Assembly (NCBI GenBank): GCA_051751785.1
Contig: JBNJLG010000003.1
Span: 214,447-278,446, forward strand
Direction of reading: 5' to 3'
Origin: Pseudomonadota bacterium
GTDB taxonomy: Bacteria; Pseudomonadota; Gammaproteobacteria; Pseudomonadales; Oleiphilaceae
Length of the DNA: 64,000 nt
The notes beneath the pieces are model-generated. The model did no database searches and was not told where the DNA came from. It worked only from the letters and a program-made list of their open reading frames with translations. Numbering within the stretch: position 1 is the first letter of the stretch; every line of letters begins with the position of its first letter. A program made the position numbers and the translations under genes. Positions 50,868-61,258 of the stretch are shown piece by piece.

Positions 50868-50984
50868 CTTCCTCCCAAGCCCCCTCAACTTCCAGATGAG
50901 AGTTGTCATGCTCTCTTTTACGAAAACGCTGGCTTGCCGGCCATCCGAACGTTCAACGTGGATAGAATCAGTCACTTGCCTCTG

Positions 50985-51050
50985 GCGCTTGATTGCTGAA
51001 TATTCTAGGGTTCCTCAGTAATGCAATGCGTACAGAGAGCGCTTGATTGC
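50985..51050 (+). repeat. Two copies of the 12-mer GCGCTTGATTGC, 54 bp apart
   Basis: Exact copies at 50985-50996 and 51039-51050, in the region upstream of, and overlapping the earliest possible start of, the CaCA antiporter gene. Confidence 0.8.
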
Positions 51051-52108
51051 ATTCCAGTTATCGTAAACTCTCAGACCAGAGCAACCTTGTGCCTTCATCC
51101 CTGATCATCAGCATCGTCGCTTTTACCATCAGCACTGCAGTGATTATCACCGCAGGCAGCCGTCTGGCGAACGTAGCCGATGAACTGGCGGATCGAACCG
51201 GAATGGGTGAGGCACTGTTCGGGATTTTTCTGCTGGCGGGCGTGACTTCTCTGCCTGATTTCGCCGCTACCCTGAGCGCTGCCATGGACTCCAGACCAGA
51301 TCTGGCCATGAGCAACGTTATGGGCAGTATGGCGGCAAACCTGGTGTTTCTGGGTGTGGCTGATATCGTTTACCGCAAAGCCAACCTGGAACACGCGGCG
51401 GCTTCTCCCACCAACCTGATGCTCGCCGCGTTACTGATTGTGTTGCTGACTCTGCCGCTGCTGGCGATGGTGAGCCCCCGGGCTTTACTCTGGGGAGTAC
51501 ACCCGATCACACCGATAATTACCATCGCCTATCTTTTCGGGCTGCATCTGGTTCGCAGCACAGACACCCGCCCCATGTGGTTCCCCCGGCTTACCCGCCA
51601 GACCGTCCCCGACCAGCCGGAGATGCGTAAGTCTGGCGGCCTTACCAAGGCCTGGTTAAGCTTTATCATCCTGGCTGCCATCACGGGTATAGCTGGCTGG
51701 GGATTGATGGAAAGCGCCAAAGTCATCAGTGATCAGACAGGGATGTCTGAAACCCTGATTGGTGGTCTGTTTACGGCACTGGCGACGTCTTCACCGGAGC
51801 TGGTTACTACCATAGCGGCTATCCGGCGAGGCGCCCTCACCCTGGCAGTAAGCAACATTTTTGGCACCAACTGCTTTAACATGCTGGTGGTAGCGTCTGC
51901 GGACATAGGCTACCCCGACGGTTCGATCTATAACGACATGGCGCCGGTACAAATGACCTGGGGGCTGGTCAGTATTCTGATGACAGCCATTCTGCTGATG
52001 GGAATGGTCCGTCGGGAAATCTATGGCATTGGCAAGATCGGGTTTGAGAGCGCACTGATACTGGCCATTTATGCTCTGGCGCTTGGTGTCGTGGTGATAA
52101 GCGGCTGA
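51047..52108 (+). CDS. Ca2+/cation antiporter (CaCA, YrbG-like) family membrane protein
   Basis: Two alpha-repeats, GEALFGIFLLAGVTSLPDF and SETLIGGLFTALATSSPEL. The start is uncertain: TTG 51047 in the ORF track, and GTG 51089 is also plausible. Confidence 0.8.
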   Translation: MHSSYRKLSDQSNLVPSSLIISIVAFTISTAVIITAGSRLANVADELADRTGMGEALFGIFLLAGVTSLPDFAATLSAAMDSRPDLAMSNVMGSMAANLVFLGVADIVYRKANLEHAAASPTNLMLAALLIVLLTLPLLAMVSPRALLWGVHPITPIITIAYLFGLHLVRSTDTRPMWFPRLTRQTVPDQPEMRKSGGLTKAWLSFIILAAITGIAGWGLMESAKVISDQTGMSETLIGGLFTALATSSPELVTTIAAIRRGALTLAVSNIFGTNCFNMLVVASADIGYPDGSIYNDMAPVQMTWGLVSILMTAILLMGMVRREIYGIGKIGFESALILAIYALALGVVVISG

Positions 52109-52205
52109 TCAATCGGGGCATAACGCCCCTTACGAGCGGTGTGAATCGCCTGTATTTCTTCAGGGAATGATTCTGGTTGAATGCCATAGTGATGGACACT
52201 CCGGC

Positions 52206-53024
52206 CTACGGATGGATGCGGCGAAATATGGCTTCCAGCAGGCTATAAATGCCGAAAGCGAACAACCCTGAGGCAACCAGTACCAGCAGAGTCTGGCCAA
52301 ATACCTGGCTGCGCAGCATAGTGAAAACTTCGGTAACGCCGCCAACCTCACCGGCATCGAACTGGTAAGCCGCCATGATAAAAAAGATACCGATGATCGC
52401 GAATACCAGTCCGCGGATTATCAGGCCAAAGCGGCAGACGGGATAAGCCCAATACTGGATTTGCATCGGCATGTTGAAGTGGCGATCAAATTGCGTTTTC
52501 ATCGCTTTAACCACGTGAGCGACCCCGGCTCCCACGAGTGCGACCCCCACCGCTGCAACCAGCCATCGACCAAAGGATTGACTCATCAGCCAGGTAGCTA
52601 CGTCTTTGGCCCCGTTTCCCGAGCCGTCGGACGAACTGCCCAGGGTAAAAATCAGGCTGACTGCAAAGAATGCGAGCATGGTATGAGTGATCGCGCTTAT
52701 CAGGAGGGCACTACGGATCACGATGCCGTTGGCATTCATGCCGTGATGATCGGTGTCCTTGATGGCCTGGATGCCACGCCACAGGGCGAATCCCAGGAGA
52801 GCTACAACCATAATCCCGAGCAGAACATCACCCCAGGGCGCAAACATAATGCGCTCGAGGGCGCCACGGCTATCGGTCGTCTGGCCGCCCTGCCCAAGCG
52901 CAGCCAGAGCAGTCAGCCCGCCTATCAGCAGATAGACAATTCCCCTTGCCCCATAACCTGCCCTCGCAAGAATGGTAATGGCATCGCGATGATCTGGTTT
53001 CGTGCTGCTTGTCGCCATAACCAT
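52206..53024 (-). CDS. DUF1206 domain-containing membrane protein
   Basis: 272 aa with repeated LARAGYGARGIVYLLIGGLTALAA-type units. Confidence 0.6.
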   Translation of the reverse strand: MVMATSSTKPDHRDAITILARAGYGARGIVYLLIGGLTALAALGQGGQTTDSRGALERIMFAPWGDVLLGIMVVALLGFALWRGIQAIKDTDHHGMNANGIVIRSALLISAITHTMLAFFAVSLIFTLGSSSDGSGNGAKDVATWLMSQSFGRWLVAAVGVALVGAGVAHVVKAMKTQFDRHFNMPMQIQYWAYPVCRFGLIIRGLVFAIIGIFFIMAAYQFDAGEVGGVTEVFTMLRSQVFGQTLLVLVASGLFAFGIYSLLEAIFRRIHP

Positions 53025-53130
53025 TCCCTGTTTGCGATGGCGGTGTGTCCGAAAATCGTCAAAACCGTGTCCGAGTGTCTATCCTAACTCTAGTTGATGG
53101 AATACAGATGGGGCGAAAGCCGGCTCTGCA

Positions 53131-56100
53131 TCAACCCCAGGCTCCTGCCGCGCGTTTGCCCCCGAAAATCGTTTTGACATCTTCCAGCACCAGATACAGA
53201 CAAGGCACCAGAAACAGAATCAGCGCAGTCGCGAACACAATACCGAAGCCCAGAGACACGGCCATAGGTATCAGATAGGTAGCCTGCAACGAGGTTTCTG
53301 AAATGATCGGCGTCAGGCCACCAAAGGTGGTCAGTGTGGTCAGTGCAATGGGCCGGAAGCGTCGTAAACCGGCTTCGTAGATGGCCTGGGCCGGGCTCAC
53401 CCGGTGGCGCTGGCGATTGGCGTAGGTCACCATAATCAGTGAATCGTTCACCACCACGCCAGACAACGCCACAATACCCATGATGCTGACCAGTGACAGT
53501 TCCATTCCCAGAATCATATGCCCCATGATGGCACCGACCGCACCGAACGGGATGGCGAGCATAACCACCAGCGGTTGAAGGTAGCTGCGAAAAGCGACCG
53601 CCAGCAACGCAAAGATCACCCCCATGGCCAGGCCAAACCCGCCCCAGAGGGCCGCAGTGGATTCACGCATGTCTGCCTGACTGCCCTGAAAACTCCAGGT
53701 CAGCCCCGGGAAATCCCCCCGCAATTGCGGCAGCAGGTCGTTCTGGATAACATCCAGCACCTGTCCCGTGGCCGCTTTGGGCTCCACATCGGTACCCACG
53801 GTAATAACCCGGCGACCATCCCGACGGTCGATGGAACGGAAGGATTCGGCAATGGTCACGTCCGCCACATCCATCAACGGCACTTCCTGCCCTTCCGGCG
53901 TCCGGATGACAAAATTGTCCAGGTAATACAGGTCCTGGCGCTGGTATTCAGGCAGACGCACGCGAATTTCGTTTTCGTTGATGCCCCTTAACTGGCGCAG
54001 GGCAATGGCACCGTAGAAGGCATCTCGCAGTTGCTGGCCCACTTCAGCACCGCTCAGGCCGAGCGCCCGCCCCTGATCCGTCAGGCTGATATCAAATTGC
54101 GGCTTGCCGGCGGTGTAGCTGTCGTTAACGTCACGGGTCTGGCCGAGCTGCTCCAGCTCCTTCAGGAAGCGCTCACTGGCCCGTGCCAGAGTGTCGATGT
54201 CGGTATGGCTCAGATCCACACTGATGTCGTCACGCCAGCTTCCCGGCCCCTGTTCAGCCTCAAAGGTGATTTCATCAACGCCTTTGAAGTCTTTCAGCTC
54301 ACTACGCCAGAGTTCGACAATCTCGTTCACCGTCATGTCGCGTTCGTTTTCCGGGCGCAGTACCAGCTCCACATCAATGGAGCGTTCACCGCGCACATTG
54401 GTTTTTATGCCCTCGGCATTGCGACTCAGGTCATGCTCTTCGAACAGGCGCTGTGTATCGCTGGTGATGTCCATGGCCAGTTCACCGGCTCGGCGGGTGG
54501 TGGTTCCCACCGGCAAACGAACATTGGCTTCAATTTCATCCGCCGGCGACTCCGGCATCATGATCATGCCCATATGGCCACTGACGGCGTAGGCGCCGGT
54601 AACCACCATGATGGTCAGTGCGCCCGCAACGGTGACGTACCGAAAGCGCAGAGACAGGTCCAGCAGTGGCCGGTAGCCACGGTCGATTACGGCCTGAAAA
54701 CCGCTGGAGAATACGCGTTGAATGGCGTGCATCCAGCGGCCATAAATGGTGACGCTGCCGCGCCCGCTGTGAGCCAGATGAGCCGGGAGGATAAACAGTG
54801 CTTCGATCAGCGATATCGCCAGCACCAGAATAACCACCATACCCAGCGGCCACCAGAACTTGCCGGTGGTGCCGGGAATGAACAACAGCGGGAGGAAGGC
54901 GACAATATTGGTGAGAATGCTGAAAGTAACCGGGCCGGCGATGTCCTGCGCGCCTTTTATCGCGGCCTGCATGAAGGTCATGCCCTGTTCGCGGTATTCG
55001 TAGATGTTCTCGCCCACCACAATGGCGTCGTCCACCACAATGCCGAGCACCATCAGAAAGCCGAACATGGAGATCATGTTGATACTGACATCCATCACCG
55101 GCAGGAAGAATACGCTACCCACGAAGGAGATGGTCATGCCCATCATGATCCAGAACGCCAGGCGGTACTCCAGGAAAAGGCTGAGAATGACCAGTACGAT
55201 AACCATGGCCATCACGCCGTTTTCCAGGAGCATGTTCATGCGGTCTTCGAAGTGCTCGGCCCGGTTACTGTCGATGCGGACCTCGATCCCTTCCGGCAGC
55301 GTGGTTTCAAGCTCTTCCATCACACCCTCGACTGACTCGGCGATATCCAGCGGTGACTGGTCGCCGGTGCGGAAGATCTCGATTTCTACCGAAGGCTGGC
55401 CGTTGAAGCGCGAGTGAAACCCGCCCTCTTCGAAGCCATCGTGAACGGTGGCGATATCGCCAAGAGTGACGCTACCGCCGGAGTCAGCATTGAGGATGAC
55501 GATACTCTCGAAGGCATCAGCCCACTGTTTCCGGTCCTTCAGGCGCAGCAGTATGTCGCCGTTATCCGTAGCCATGGAGCCTGCCGGGATATCCTGGCTG
55601 GACTGCTCAATGCTGGAGGCCACCTCGCTCAGGGTAAGATCGTATTCGCGCAGCGTCTCCTGAGGGATTTCAACGCTGGTCATGTAGGCGGGTACATCAC
55701 CGATGTCCGCCTGGGTGATGGCGCTTTCGGCCAAAAGCCGGTTGCGCACCTGCTCGCCGAGCTGTCGCAGGGTCCAGGTGTCTACATCGCCATACAGCAC
55801 CAGTTCCAGCACATCCCGGGTGGGGGTGACCAGCCTCACCTCCGGTTCTTCGGCCTGCTCCGGAAACGTGCGCACCCGGTCCACAGCCTGCTCTATATCC
55901 TGCAGGGCCTGCATACGGTTGGTGCCGGGCACCAGTTCCAACTGGATATTGCCGCTGCCTTCACGGGCGGTGGAGGTCATTTCTTCAATGCTCTGAATGC
56001 CCTGCACCGCTTCTTCCACGGGCAACAGAATGCCCTTTTCCACCTCGGAGGGTGACGCGCCAGGGTAACTGACGCTGACCTGAACAATGTCCAGTTCAAA

Positions 56101-56247
56101 TTCCGGGAATACCTCTTTCTGAACCTGAGAGGCCATCCAGAAGCCGCCAGCCAGCAGCAAAAGCATCATCAGGTTGGCAGCAACTGAATTGCGCGCCATC
56201 CATTCAATAGGCCCCACCCAGCCCTTGCGCCCGGAGTCATCACTCAT
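53131..56247 (-). CDS. RND efflux transporter permease subunit (AcrB/AcrD/AcrF superfamily)
   Basis: 1038 aa, 12-TM RND architecture. The ATG overlaps the MFP stop (ATGA). Confidence 0.9.
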   Translation of the reverse strand: MSDDSGRKGWVGPIEWMARNSVAANLMMLLLLAGGFWMASQVQKEVFPEFELDIVQVSVSYPGASPSEVEKGILLPVEEAVQGIQSIEEMTSTAREGSGNIQLELVPGTNRMQALQDIEQAVDRVRTFPEQAEEPEVRLVTPTRDVLELVLYGDVDTWTLRQLGEQVRNRLLAESAITQADIGDVPAYMTSVEIPQETLREYDLTLSEVASSIEQSSQDIPAGSMATDNGDILLRLKDRKQWADAFESIVILNADSGGSVTLGDIATVHDGFEEGGFHSRFNGQPSVEIEIFRTGDQSPLDIAESVEGVMEELETTLPEGIEVRIDSNRAEHFEDRMNMLLENGVMAMVIVLVILSLFLEYRLAFWIMMGMTISFVGSVFFLPVMDVSINMISMFGFLMVLGIVVDDAIVVGENIYEYREQGMTFMQAAIKGAQDIAGPVTFSILTNIVAFLPLLFIPGTTGKFWWPLGMVVILVLAISLIEALFILPAHLAHSGRGSVTIYGRWMHAIQRVFSSGFQAVIDRGYRPLLDLSLRFRYVTVAGALTIMVVTGAYAVSGHMGMIMMPESPADEIEANVRLPVGTTTRRAGELAMDITSDTQRLFEEHDLSRNAEGIKTNVRGERSIDVELVLRPENERDMTVNEIVELWRSELKDFKGVDEITFEAEQGPGSWRDDISVDLSHTDIDTLARASERFLKELEQLGQTRDVNDSYTAGKPQFDISLTDQGRALGLSGAEVGQQLRDAFYGAIALRQLRGINENEIRVRLPEYQRQDLYYLDNFVIRTPEGQEVPLMDVADVTIAESFRSIDRRDGRRVITVGTDVEPKAATGQVLDVIQNDLLPQLRGDFPGLTWSFQGSQADMRESTAALWGGFGLAMGVIFALLAVAFRSYLQPLVVMLAIPFGAVGAIMGHMILGMELSLVSIMGIVALSGVVVNDSLIMVTYANRQRHRVSPAQAIYEAGLRRFRPIALTTLTTFGGLTPIISETSLQATYLIPMAVSLGFGIVFATALILFLVPCLYLVLEDVKTIFGGKRAAGAWG

Positions 56248-57455
56248 TGCGATTCATCCTCCACCCGCAGACGTGCGCCACTGACCACCGATGCCAGATC
56301 GTTGGTGATCACCCGGTCGCCATCGTCGAGTCCGGAACGCACATAGGCGTAATCTTCGTCCTGGTAGGCAATATCAACGTCCCGGATGGCCAGCTTGTTT
56401 TCTTCCATCACCCATACCGTATTGTTACGACGAATCAGGTTCCGGTCCAGACGTACGACATCGTCCAGCATTCGCCCCTCGATTCTGGCTTGCAGAATGC
56501 TGCCCAGTATCAGGGCCGGCTTGCCTTTGGCCTGGTCCCGGCCGAGCGGATCATCCACGGTGATCAGCACCCGGGCCATGCGGGCGTTGCTGTCCAGTTC
56601 ACCGACCAGTTGCTGCAAGCGACCTTCCCGGCTTTCATCGGCAGGCCAGGTATCCTGGTTCAACGTAACCGGTGCACCGGCAGACTCCGGATCGTCCCGG
56701 AAAACAAGCCGGGGCAGCCTGGAAAGTGGAACCGTTGCTTCCACCCAGTACTGCTCGGTGCCAACCAGGCGCCCCAGAGTTGAACCGGTACTGACTTCAG
56801 ACCCCAGGGTGACGTCCCGGGAAAGAACCTGGGCAGGAAAAGGCGCATGAACACGAGTCCGCTCCAGATCCAGCTCGGCCTGGCGTACCGCTGAGCGGGC
56901 GGCGGAAACGCTGGCTTCGGCCTGTCTCAATTGCGGTTTGCGCAGGATCAGCCCTTCGTTTTCCACCGGAATTTCTTCACCCAGCAGCTCGAATTCCTGC
57001 CGGGCAACAGCCTGCTGGCCCTGTTCCATTTCAAGGTCCGCCAGCGCCTGTTGCAGTTCACTGTGTCGCTGGTCCAGCGCGATCTGGTAATCCGCCGGTT
57101 CAATGCGCAGCAGTTCCTCACCTTTTTCAACAATCCGGCCGGGCGTGAATTGTCCGGCCTGATGGATAACACGGCCGCCTACCCGGGCACTCAACGTGAC
57201 ATCACGGGCCGGCATAACCTGCCCCATTACTTCTACTTCTGGTGTGTACTGGCCACGGCTGACCGTCTGAACATCCACCAGCATGGCGGTTTCCCTTGCC
57301 GCGTCTTTGCGGGTAGCGGTGGGCTCGGTCTTGAAAATGAGCCAGACCAGAGCAATGCCCGCAAGGATGATCAGCAGCGTAACAAAGGCGGTTTTCAGGA
57401 CGCCGGCCCTGCCTCGTTCGGGTCGTGCAGCCTTGTCGTCGATAGGATGACTCAT
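56244..57455 (-). CDS. RND efflux periplasmic adaptor (MFP/HlyD family)
   Basis: 403 aa with an N-terminal anchor, coiled-coil hairpin and beta-barrel text. Overlaps the OMF stop. Confidence 0.9.
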   Translation of the reverse strand: MSHPIDDKAARPERGRAGVLKTAFVTLLIILAGIALVWLIFKTEPTATRKDAARETAMLVDVQTVSRGQYTPEVEVMGQVMPARDVTLSARVGGRVIHQAGQFTPGRIVEKGEELLRIEPADYQIALDQRHSELQQALADLEMEQGQQAVARQEFELLGEEIPVENEGLILRKPQLRQAEASVSAARSAVRQAELDLERTRVHAPFPAQVLSRDVTLGSEVSTGSTLGRLVGTEQYWVEATVPLSRLPRLVFRDDPESAGAPVTLNQDTWPADESREGRLQQLVGELDSNARMARVLITVDDPLGRDQAKGKPALILGSILQARIEGRMLDDVVRLDRNLIRRNNTVWVMEENKLAIRDVDIAYQDEDYAYVRSGLDDGDRVITNDLASVVSGARLRVEDESQ

Positions 57456-58867
57456 GCCTGATCGTTCTCCATGCTGTGTGTCGGCCTTTCTCCGGAGTCT
57501 TCCGGGCTTTCAATACTGCCGGCCAGTGCCCGATATAGTGCGACCCGGGCATTCAGCAGCTGCTGCCGCGCGGTCAGTCGGGTTCTCTGCAGATCCTGCT
57601 GGTCCTGCAGTGCATTCAGTACTTCGATGTAGCTGACGGCCCCGTTCAGATAACGGGTACGCAGTTGGCGATAACTGGCTTGTGCCATGCCGATCTGTTG
57701 CTCAAGGCTGTCCATCCGCTGGCGCTGCTGACGCTCCTGCACGAGGGCATCTTCAACCTCCTGGATGGCTGTCAATACCGTCTGCCGGTACTCCAGCACA
57801 CGTTCTTCAAGCGCGGCATCTGAGCGGGTTACTTCCGCACGGCGCTGTCCGCCATCAATCAGGGGCATCATCAGATTCCCGGCCAATGTGGCGAGCCAGT
57901 TGTCGAACAGATCACTGGCATCATCGGCCCGGGAAGTCACAGACGCATCGAGGGAAAATCTCGGGAAGCGGTTACTGATAGCGGCAGCCAGGTCTTTGTC
58001 AGCCGCGCGAACCAGTCGCCAGGCCTGTTGAATGTCTGGCCGGCGTTGTACAAGGTCGGCCGGCACTCCGGTCTCCGGCAGAGGCGGCAACTCCGGCAGG
58101 CGTTCCCCGTCTGGCAACGGCCCCTGGCCCGGGGCCTGACCAAGCAGCGCCGACAGCTGATTCTCAAGAACGCCGATTTCCCCTTCAATGTTATTCACCC
58201 GTTCCCGTGAAGAGCTGACCAACTGGCGTTGGCGCAGCACATCGGCACTGCCACTCTGGCCGGCAGCAAAGCGGGTTTCGATCAGGGTCAGCAAATTGTG
58301 ATTGGTTTCAAGCTGGCTCTGCGCCAGTTGCCGCTGGCCTCTTTGCTCCACAAGCTGAAACCAGGTGTTGGCGATCTCTCCGCTCAGAGATACTGCGGCC
58401 GCGTGATAATCGGCCTGACTGGCCGAGGCACGAAGCTCCTCGGCTTCCGTCAACGACTGCACCCGGCCCCACAGGTCCACTTCATAGCTGGCGCTGAGGC
58501 CGGCACTGAAGCTATCGGAACGGGTGGTCTCCGTTTCTTCGCGCTCAGCCCCAAGGCTGGCATCCAGTGAGGGAAAAATGCCGGCAGCCTGTTGTGTCGC
58601 CGTTGCCCGGGCCTGCAATAAACGCTGGTAGCTGGCACGCAGGCTGAGATTCTCTTCCAGTGCCCGGTTAACCAGCCCGTTCAGCTGGCTGTCGTTGAAC
58701 GACTGCCACCAGAGCCCGGAGATCGGTTGCTGCCCGGTACGGGAAAAACCGTCCGGAAAGTCCGGGGGAACCTTTGCCGTATCCGGCCTGCTGGCGCACC
58801 CGGCCAGGGTTACCAGTACCAGCAGAGTGATAGCGCGTGTACAGACTGTAGCGAACGGTTTGTGCAT
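57452..58867 (-). CDS. Efflux outer membrane factor lipoprotein (NodT family)
   Basis: ATG 58867 gives MHKPFATVCTRAITLLVLVTLAGCAS (lipobox). The ORF track start is GTG 58924. Confidence 0.85.
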   Translation of the reverse strand: MHKPFATVCTRAITLLVLVTLAGCASRPDTAKVPPDFPDGFSRTGQQPISGLWWQSFNDSQLNGLVNRALEENLSLRASYQRLLQARATATQQAAGIFPSLDASLGAEREETETTRSDSFSAGLSASYEVDLWGRVQSLTEAEELRASASQADYHAAAVSLSGEIANTWFQLVEQRGQRQLAQSQLETNHNLLTLIETRFAAGQSGSADVLRQRQLVSSSRERVNNIEGEIGVLENQLSALLGQAPGQGPLPDGERLPELPPLPETGVPADLVQRRPDIQQAWRLVRAADKDLAAAISNRFPRFSLDASVTSRADDASDLFDNWLATLAGNLMMPLIDGGQRRAEVTRSDAALEERVLEYRQTVLTAIQEVEDALVQERQQRQRMDSLEQQIGMAQASYRQLRTRYLNGAVSYIEVLNALQDQQDLQRTRLTARQQLLNARVALYRALAGSIESPEDSGERPTHSMENDQA

Positions 58868-59108
58868 GGAAGTCCTGTTCCGAAGGTGGACCGGAGAACG
58901 CTGTGGATGCCGCTTATTCTGCACCCGCCAGACGGGTTTTCAAGCAGATACAGCGATCTTTACATGATGTTTGCAAAGTCACGCACTGATGCAGACGTAC
59001 GACCACCGGCGCTTTTTGGTCTTCCGATATGTCGGGAAATTCGGCATGATGTTAACTCGTTTTAACGAACGAGAAAGAAACTCAAGCCTGTACAGGGAGA
59101 AACGTATA

Positions 59109-59483
59109 ATGAACAAGATATTCGCGCCAGCGATGGCGATTGTACTGAGTGTGGTTCTTGCCGGTTGCGCAAGCTCCGCCAAGCAGGCACCCGATGGCGG
59201 CATTGTTGGCGACATTCCGGAGGACAGCAAGTTTGCCAAGATAGAAATCGGCATGCCCCAGGCCCAGGTATATGACCTTATCGGCCCGCCCACTGACACC
59301 AAGACCTACATCACCGGCAAGAGCTTCATTCCGTTCTATTACGGCAGTGATGCTGCTCGCTCCGATTCAATTTACAAGAACGAAGGCCACATCACCTTTA
59401 CTGGTGGTACAGGCTTCGGTGCCAATTCGTTCAAGGTTTACCGCATTGTTTATGATCCGTCCGAAGACGGCTACAACAATTAA
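59109..59483 (+). CDS. Small lipoprotein with BamE/SmpA_OmlA-like motif
   Basis: ATG 59109 after GGGAGA gives MNKIFAPAMAIVLSVVLAGCAS (lipobox). KIEIGMPQAQVYDLIGPP resembles the BamE fold signature. Confidence 0.6.
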   Translation: MNKIFAPAMAIVLSVVLAGCASSAKQAPDGGIVGDIPEDSKFAKIEIGMPQAQVYDLIGPPTDTKTYITGKSFIPFYYGSDAARSDSIYKNEGHITFTGGTGFGANSFKVYRIVYDPSEDGYNN

Positions 59484-59518
59484 GCATTAACAGGGCTTTT
59501 CCCCAAAGCTCCTGTATA

Positions 59519-59566
59519 CCGGCAACCCGGGCAACCAGAACAAAGCCCGGGTTGCCGGTGTGTTTT
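59519..59566 (+). terminator. Intrinsic terminator after the lipoprotein gene
   Basis: 14-bp stem CCGGCAACCCGGGC / GCCCGGGTTGCCGG, followed by TGTGTTTTCC. Confidence 0.7.
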
Positions 59567-59693
59567 CCACTGCCAATCCTGATTCTCTTCCTGTCTGAGG
59601 CTGGATTTTCCCTCATTTGCAGGTATCCTGCTGTTCGTAGCCGGTGTTTTGGTTATCATCTGTTCTCCAACAAGAGTGCACACTGAATTGCCT

Positions 59694-60188
59694 ATGAGCG
59701 CGGAACCGACTGTTACTATTCGCAAATACCGGATTCAGGATCTCAGTTCCCTGGTCCGTCTGTTTACTGATTCCGTTCACCAACTCGGTGCTACGGCGTA
59801 TGACGAAACCCAGCGCTTTGCCTGGGCGTCGCGCACGCCAAATCTCGATACCTGGCGTCAACGGCTTGATTCTCTGGAAACGCTGGTGGCGGAAAATGGT
59901 GACGAAATGGCCGGATTCATTTCCTACGCACCGGATGGCCTGATCGATCTGGTTTACACCGCTCCGAATTACGCCCGGCGAGGTATAGCTTCTGCCCTGT
60001 ACCGGGAGGCGGAACAGCAGTTGAAGGCGCTTGGCGCGGAGGAGCTGTACACCGAAGCGAGCGTGATGGCACGCCCATTCTTTGAACGCCACGGTTTTGA
60101 AGTGACAGGCGAGTATCAAAGTACGGTGCGCGGAGCCATGCTCTTGCGCTATGCCATGCGCAAGAAGCTTTTCGGCGAGGCACAGTGA
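59694..60188 (+). CDS. GNAT family N-acetyltransferase
   Basis: ATG 59694 (MSAEPTVTIRKYRIQD). Motif A is YARRGIASALY. The stop overlaps the ogt start. Confidence 0.75.
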   Translation: MSAEPTVTIRKYRIQDLSSLVRLFTDSVHQLGATAYDETQRFAWASRTPNLDTWRQRLDSLETLVAENGDEMAGFISYAPDGLIDLVYTAPNYARRGIASALYREAEQQLKALGAEELYTEASVMARPFFERHGFEVTGEYQSTVRGAMLLRYAMRKKLFGEAQ

Positions 60189-60682
60189 TACGTCACAGCA
60201 TTGGCCATTGCGCCCTCGGCCATTTCCTGGCCGGCTGGAACGACAATGGCTTGTGCGTGATTGAGCTGGCCGATAGTCCAGAGCAACTTCTCTCCCTGCT
60301 GCAGGCTGACTTCCCTGACCAGGTCCTGCAACCGGCGGGCCCGGACAACTCGCTTTCCCTGCAAAGCGTTGCCCGTTTTATTGATTCCCCTCGGTCTGCT
60401 CCGCCAGACATAGCGATTTCCCCCCAGGGCACGCCGTTCCAGCAAAGCGTCTGGCGGGCATTGGCCGACATTCCCCCCGGTCAGACCATCAGTTATTCAC
60501 AACTTGCCCGTAGGCTACAGAAACCGAAGGCGATACGGGCCGTTGCCAGTGCCTGTTCGGCCAACAGACTCGCCGTAATTATTCCCTGCCACCGCGTAAT
60601 CCGTGATGATGGCTCCCTGGGCGGCTATCGCTGGGGGCTGGCCCGCAAACAGGCCTTATTGCAGCGCGAAGCCAGCATTTAG
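60185..60682 (+). CDS. ogt: Methylated-DNA--protein-cysteine methyltransferase
   Basis: 165 aa. GTG start in a GTGA overlap with the upstream stop. Active site IPCHRVI. Confidence 0.85.
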   Translation: MIRHSIGHCALGHFLAGWNDNGLCVIELADSPEQLLSLLQADFPDQVLQPAGPDNSLSLQSVARFIDSPRSAPPDIAISPQGTPFQQSVWRALADIPPGQTISYSQLARRLQKPKAIRAVASACSANRLAVIIPCHRVIRDDGSLGGYRWGLARKQALLQREASI

Positions 60683-60730
60683 GACATCGTCGGTTACCAC
60701 ATCCTGTTTTCAGAAGTATGTCAGGCTTCT

Positions 60731-60806
60731 CATCCTATGGTCTTGTCCGCGGGCGCACCTGTATTGACACCCGTCAATATGCCCGCCAGGTCACCACCAT
60801 AGGATG
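60731..60806. repeat. Nested imperfect palindrome (three arm pairs)
   Basis: CATCCTATGG (60731-40) / CCATAGGATG (60797-806); GCGGGC (60749-54) / GCCCGC (60781-86); TATTGAC (60762-68) / GTCAATA (60773-79). Confidence 0.85.
60764..60777 (+). promoter_or_regulatory. FNR/Anr/FixK-type box TTGAC-N4-GTCAA upstream of hemerythrin
   Basis: Perfect dyad fitting TTGA-N6-TCAA. Its centre (60770.5) lies about 41.5 bp upstream of a position 7 nt after a TAGGAT -10-like hexamer (60800-60805). Confidence 0.45.
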
Positions 60807-60853
60807 TGAACTGCAACTATCTAAAAAAACAGACATTCAGGAGAAGAACACCG

Positions 60854-61258
60854 ATGACATTCTGGCCGTGGAATAAGGAGCTTGAGGTTGGAATCGGGGA
60901 GATCGACAAGCAGCATAAATGGCTGGTCGATACCACGAATGAATTGCACGACGCCATCGAAGCCGGAGCAGACAAGCAGCAGATAGGCGGCATTCTGGAA
61001 TCCCTCATGGACTACACCATGAATCATTTCATTGTCGAGGAAGACCTGTTCTATCGGCTGGGATACCCTGAAACCGCTGAGCACAAGGCTGAGCACGACA
61101 AATTTACCGGCGAGATCATGGAGCTGCTCGATCGTCATGAAAGTGGTGAATCAGCAGGAGAAGACACTCTGACTCTGCTGAAAGAATGGCTTACCCACCA
61201 CATACTCGAAGTCGACAAAGGTTACGTCGAGCATTTCCGGGCTCATGGCATAACCTGA
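60854..61258 (+). CDS. Bacteriohemerythrin
   Basis: ATG 60854 after AGGAGAAG gives MTFWPWNKELEVGIGEIDKQHKWLV. Iron ligand pattern H..., HF..EE, H...H, H...D is present. Confidence 0.85.
   Translation: MTFWPWNKELEVGIGEIDKQHKWLVDTTNELHDAIEAGADKQQIGGILESLMDYTMNHFIVEEDLFYRLGYPETAEHKAEHDKFTGEIMELLDRHESGESAGEDTLTLLKEWLTHHILEVDKGYVEHFRAHGIT

Noticed and set aside
50493-50975. 160-aa minus-strand ORF spanning the receptor 3' end and terminator
   Set aside because: Most of it is antisense to the TonB-dependent receptor and it runs through a 16-bp terminator stem. No RBS or motifs.
52115-52129. Small hairpin GGGGC-ATAAC-GCCCC after the CaCA gene
   Set aside because: The stem is only 5 bp with a poor U-tail. 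It may help termination but is not convincing.
53045-53074. 8-mer direct repeat GTGTCCGA, two copies 22 bp apart, upstream of the DUF1206 gene
   Set aside because: An 8-mer recurrence in a 100-nt interval is not improbable enough by chance (roughly 5-10 percent by my estimate) to report as a site.
54031-55335. 434-aa + strand ORF
   Set aside because: Antisense to the RND permease gene.
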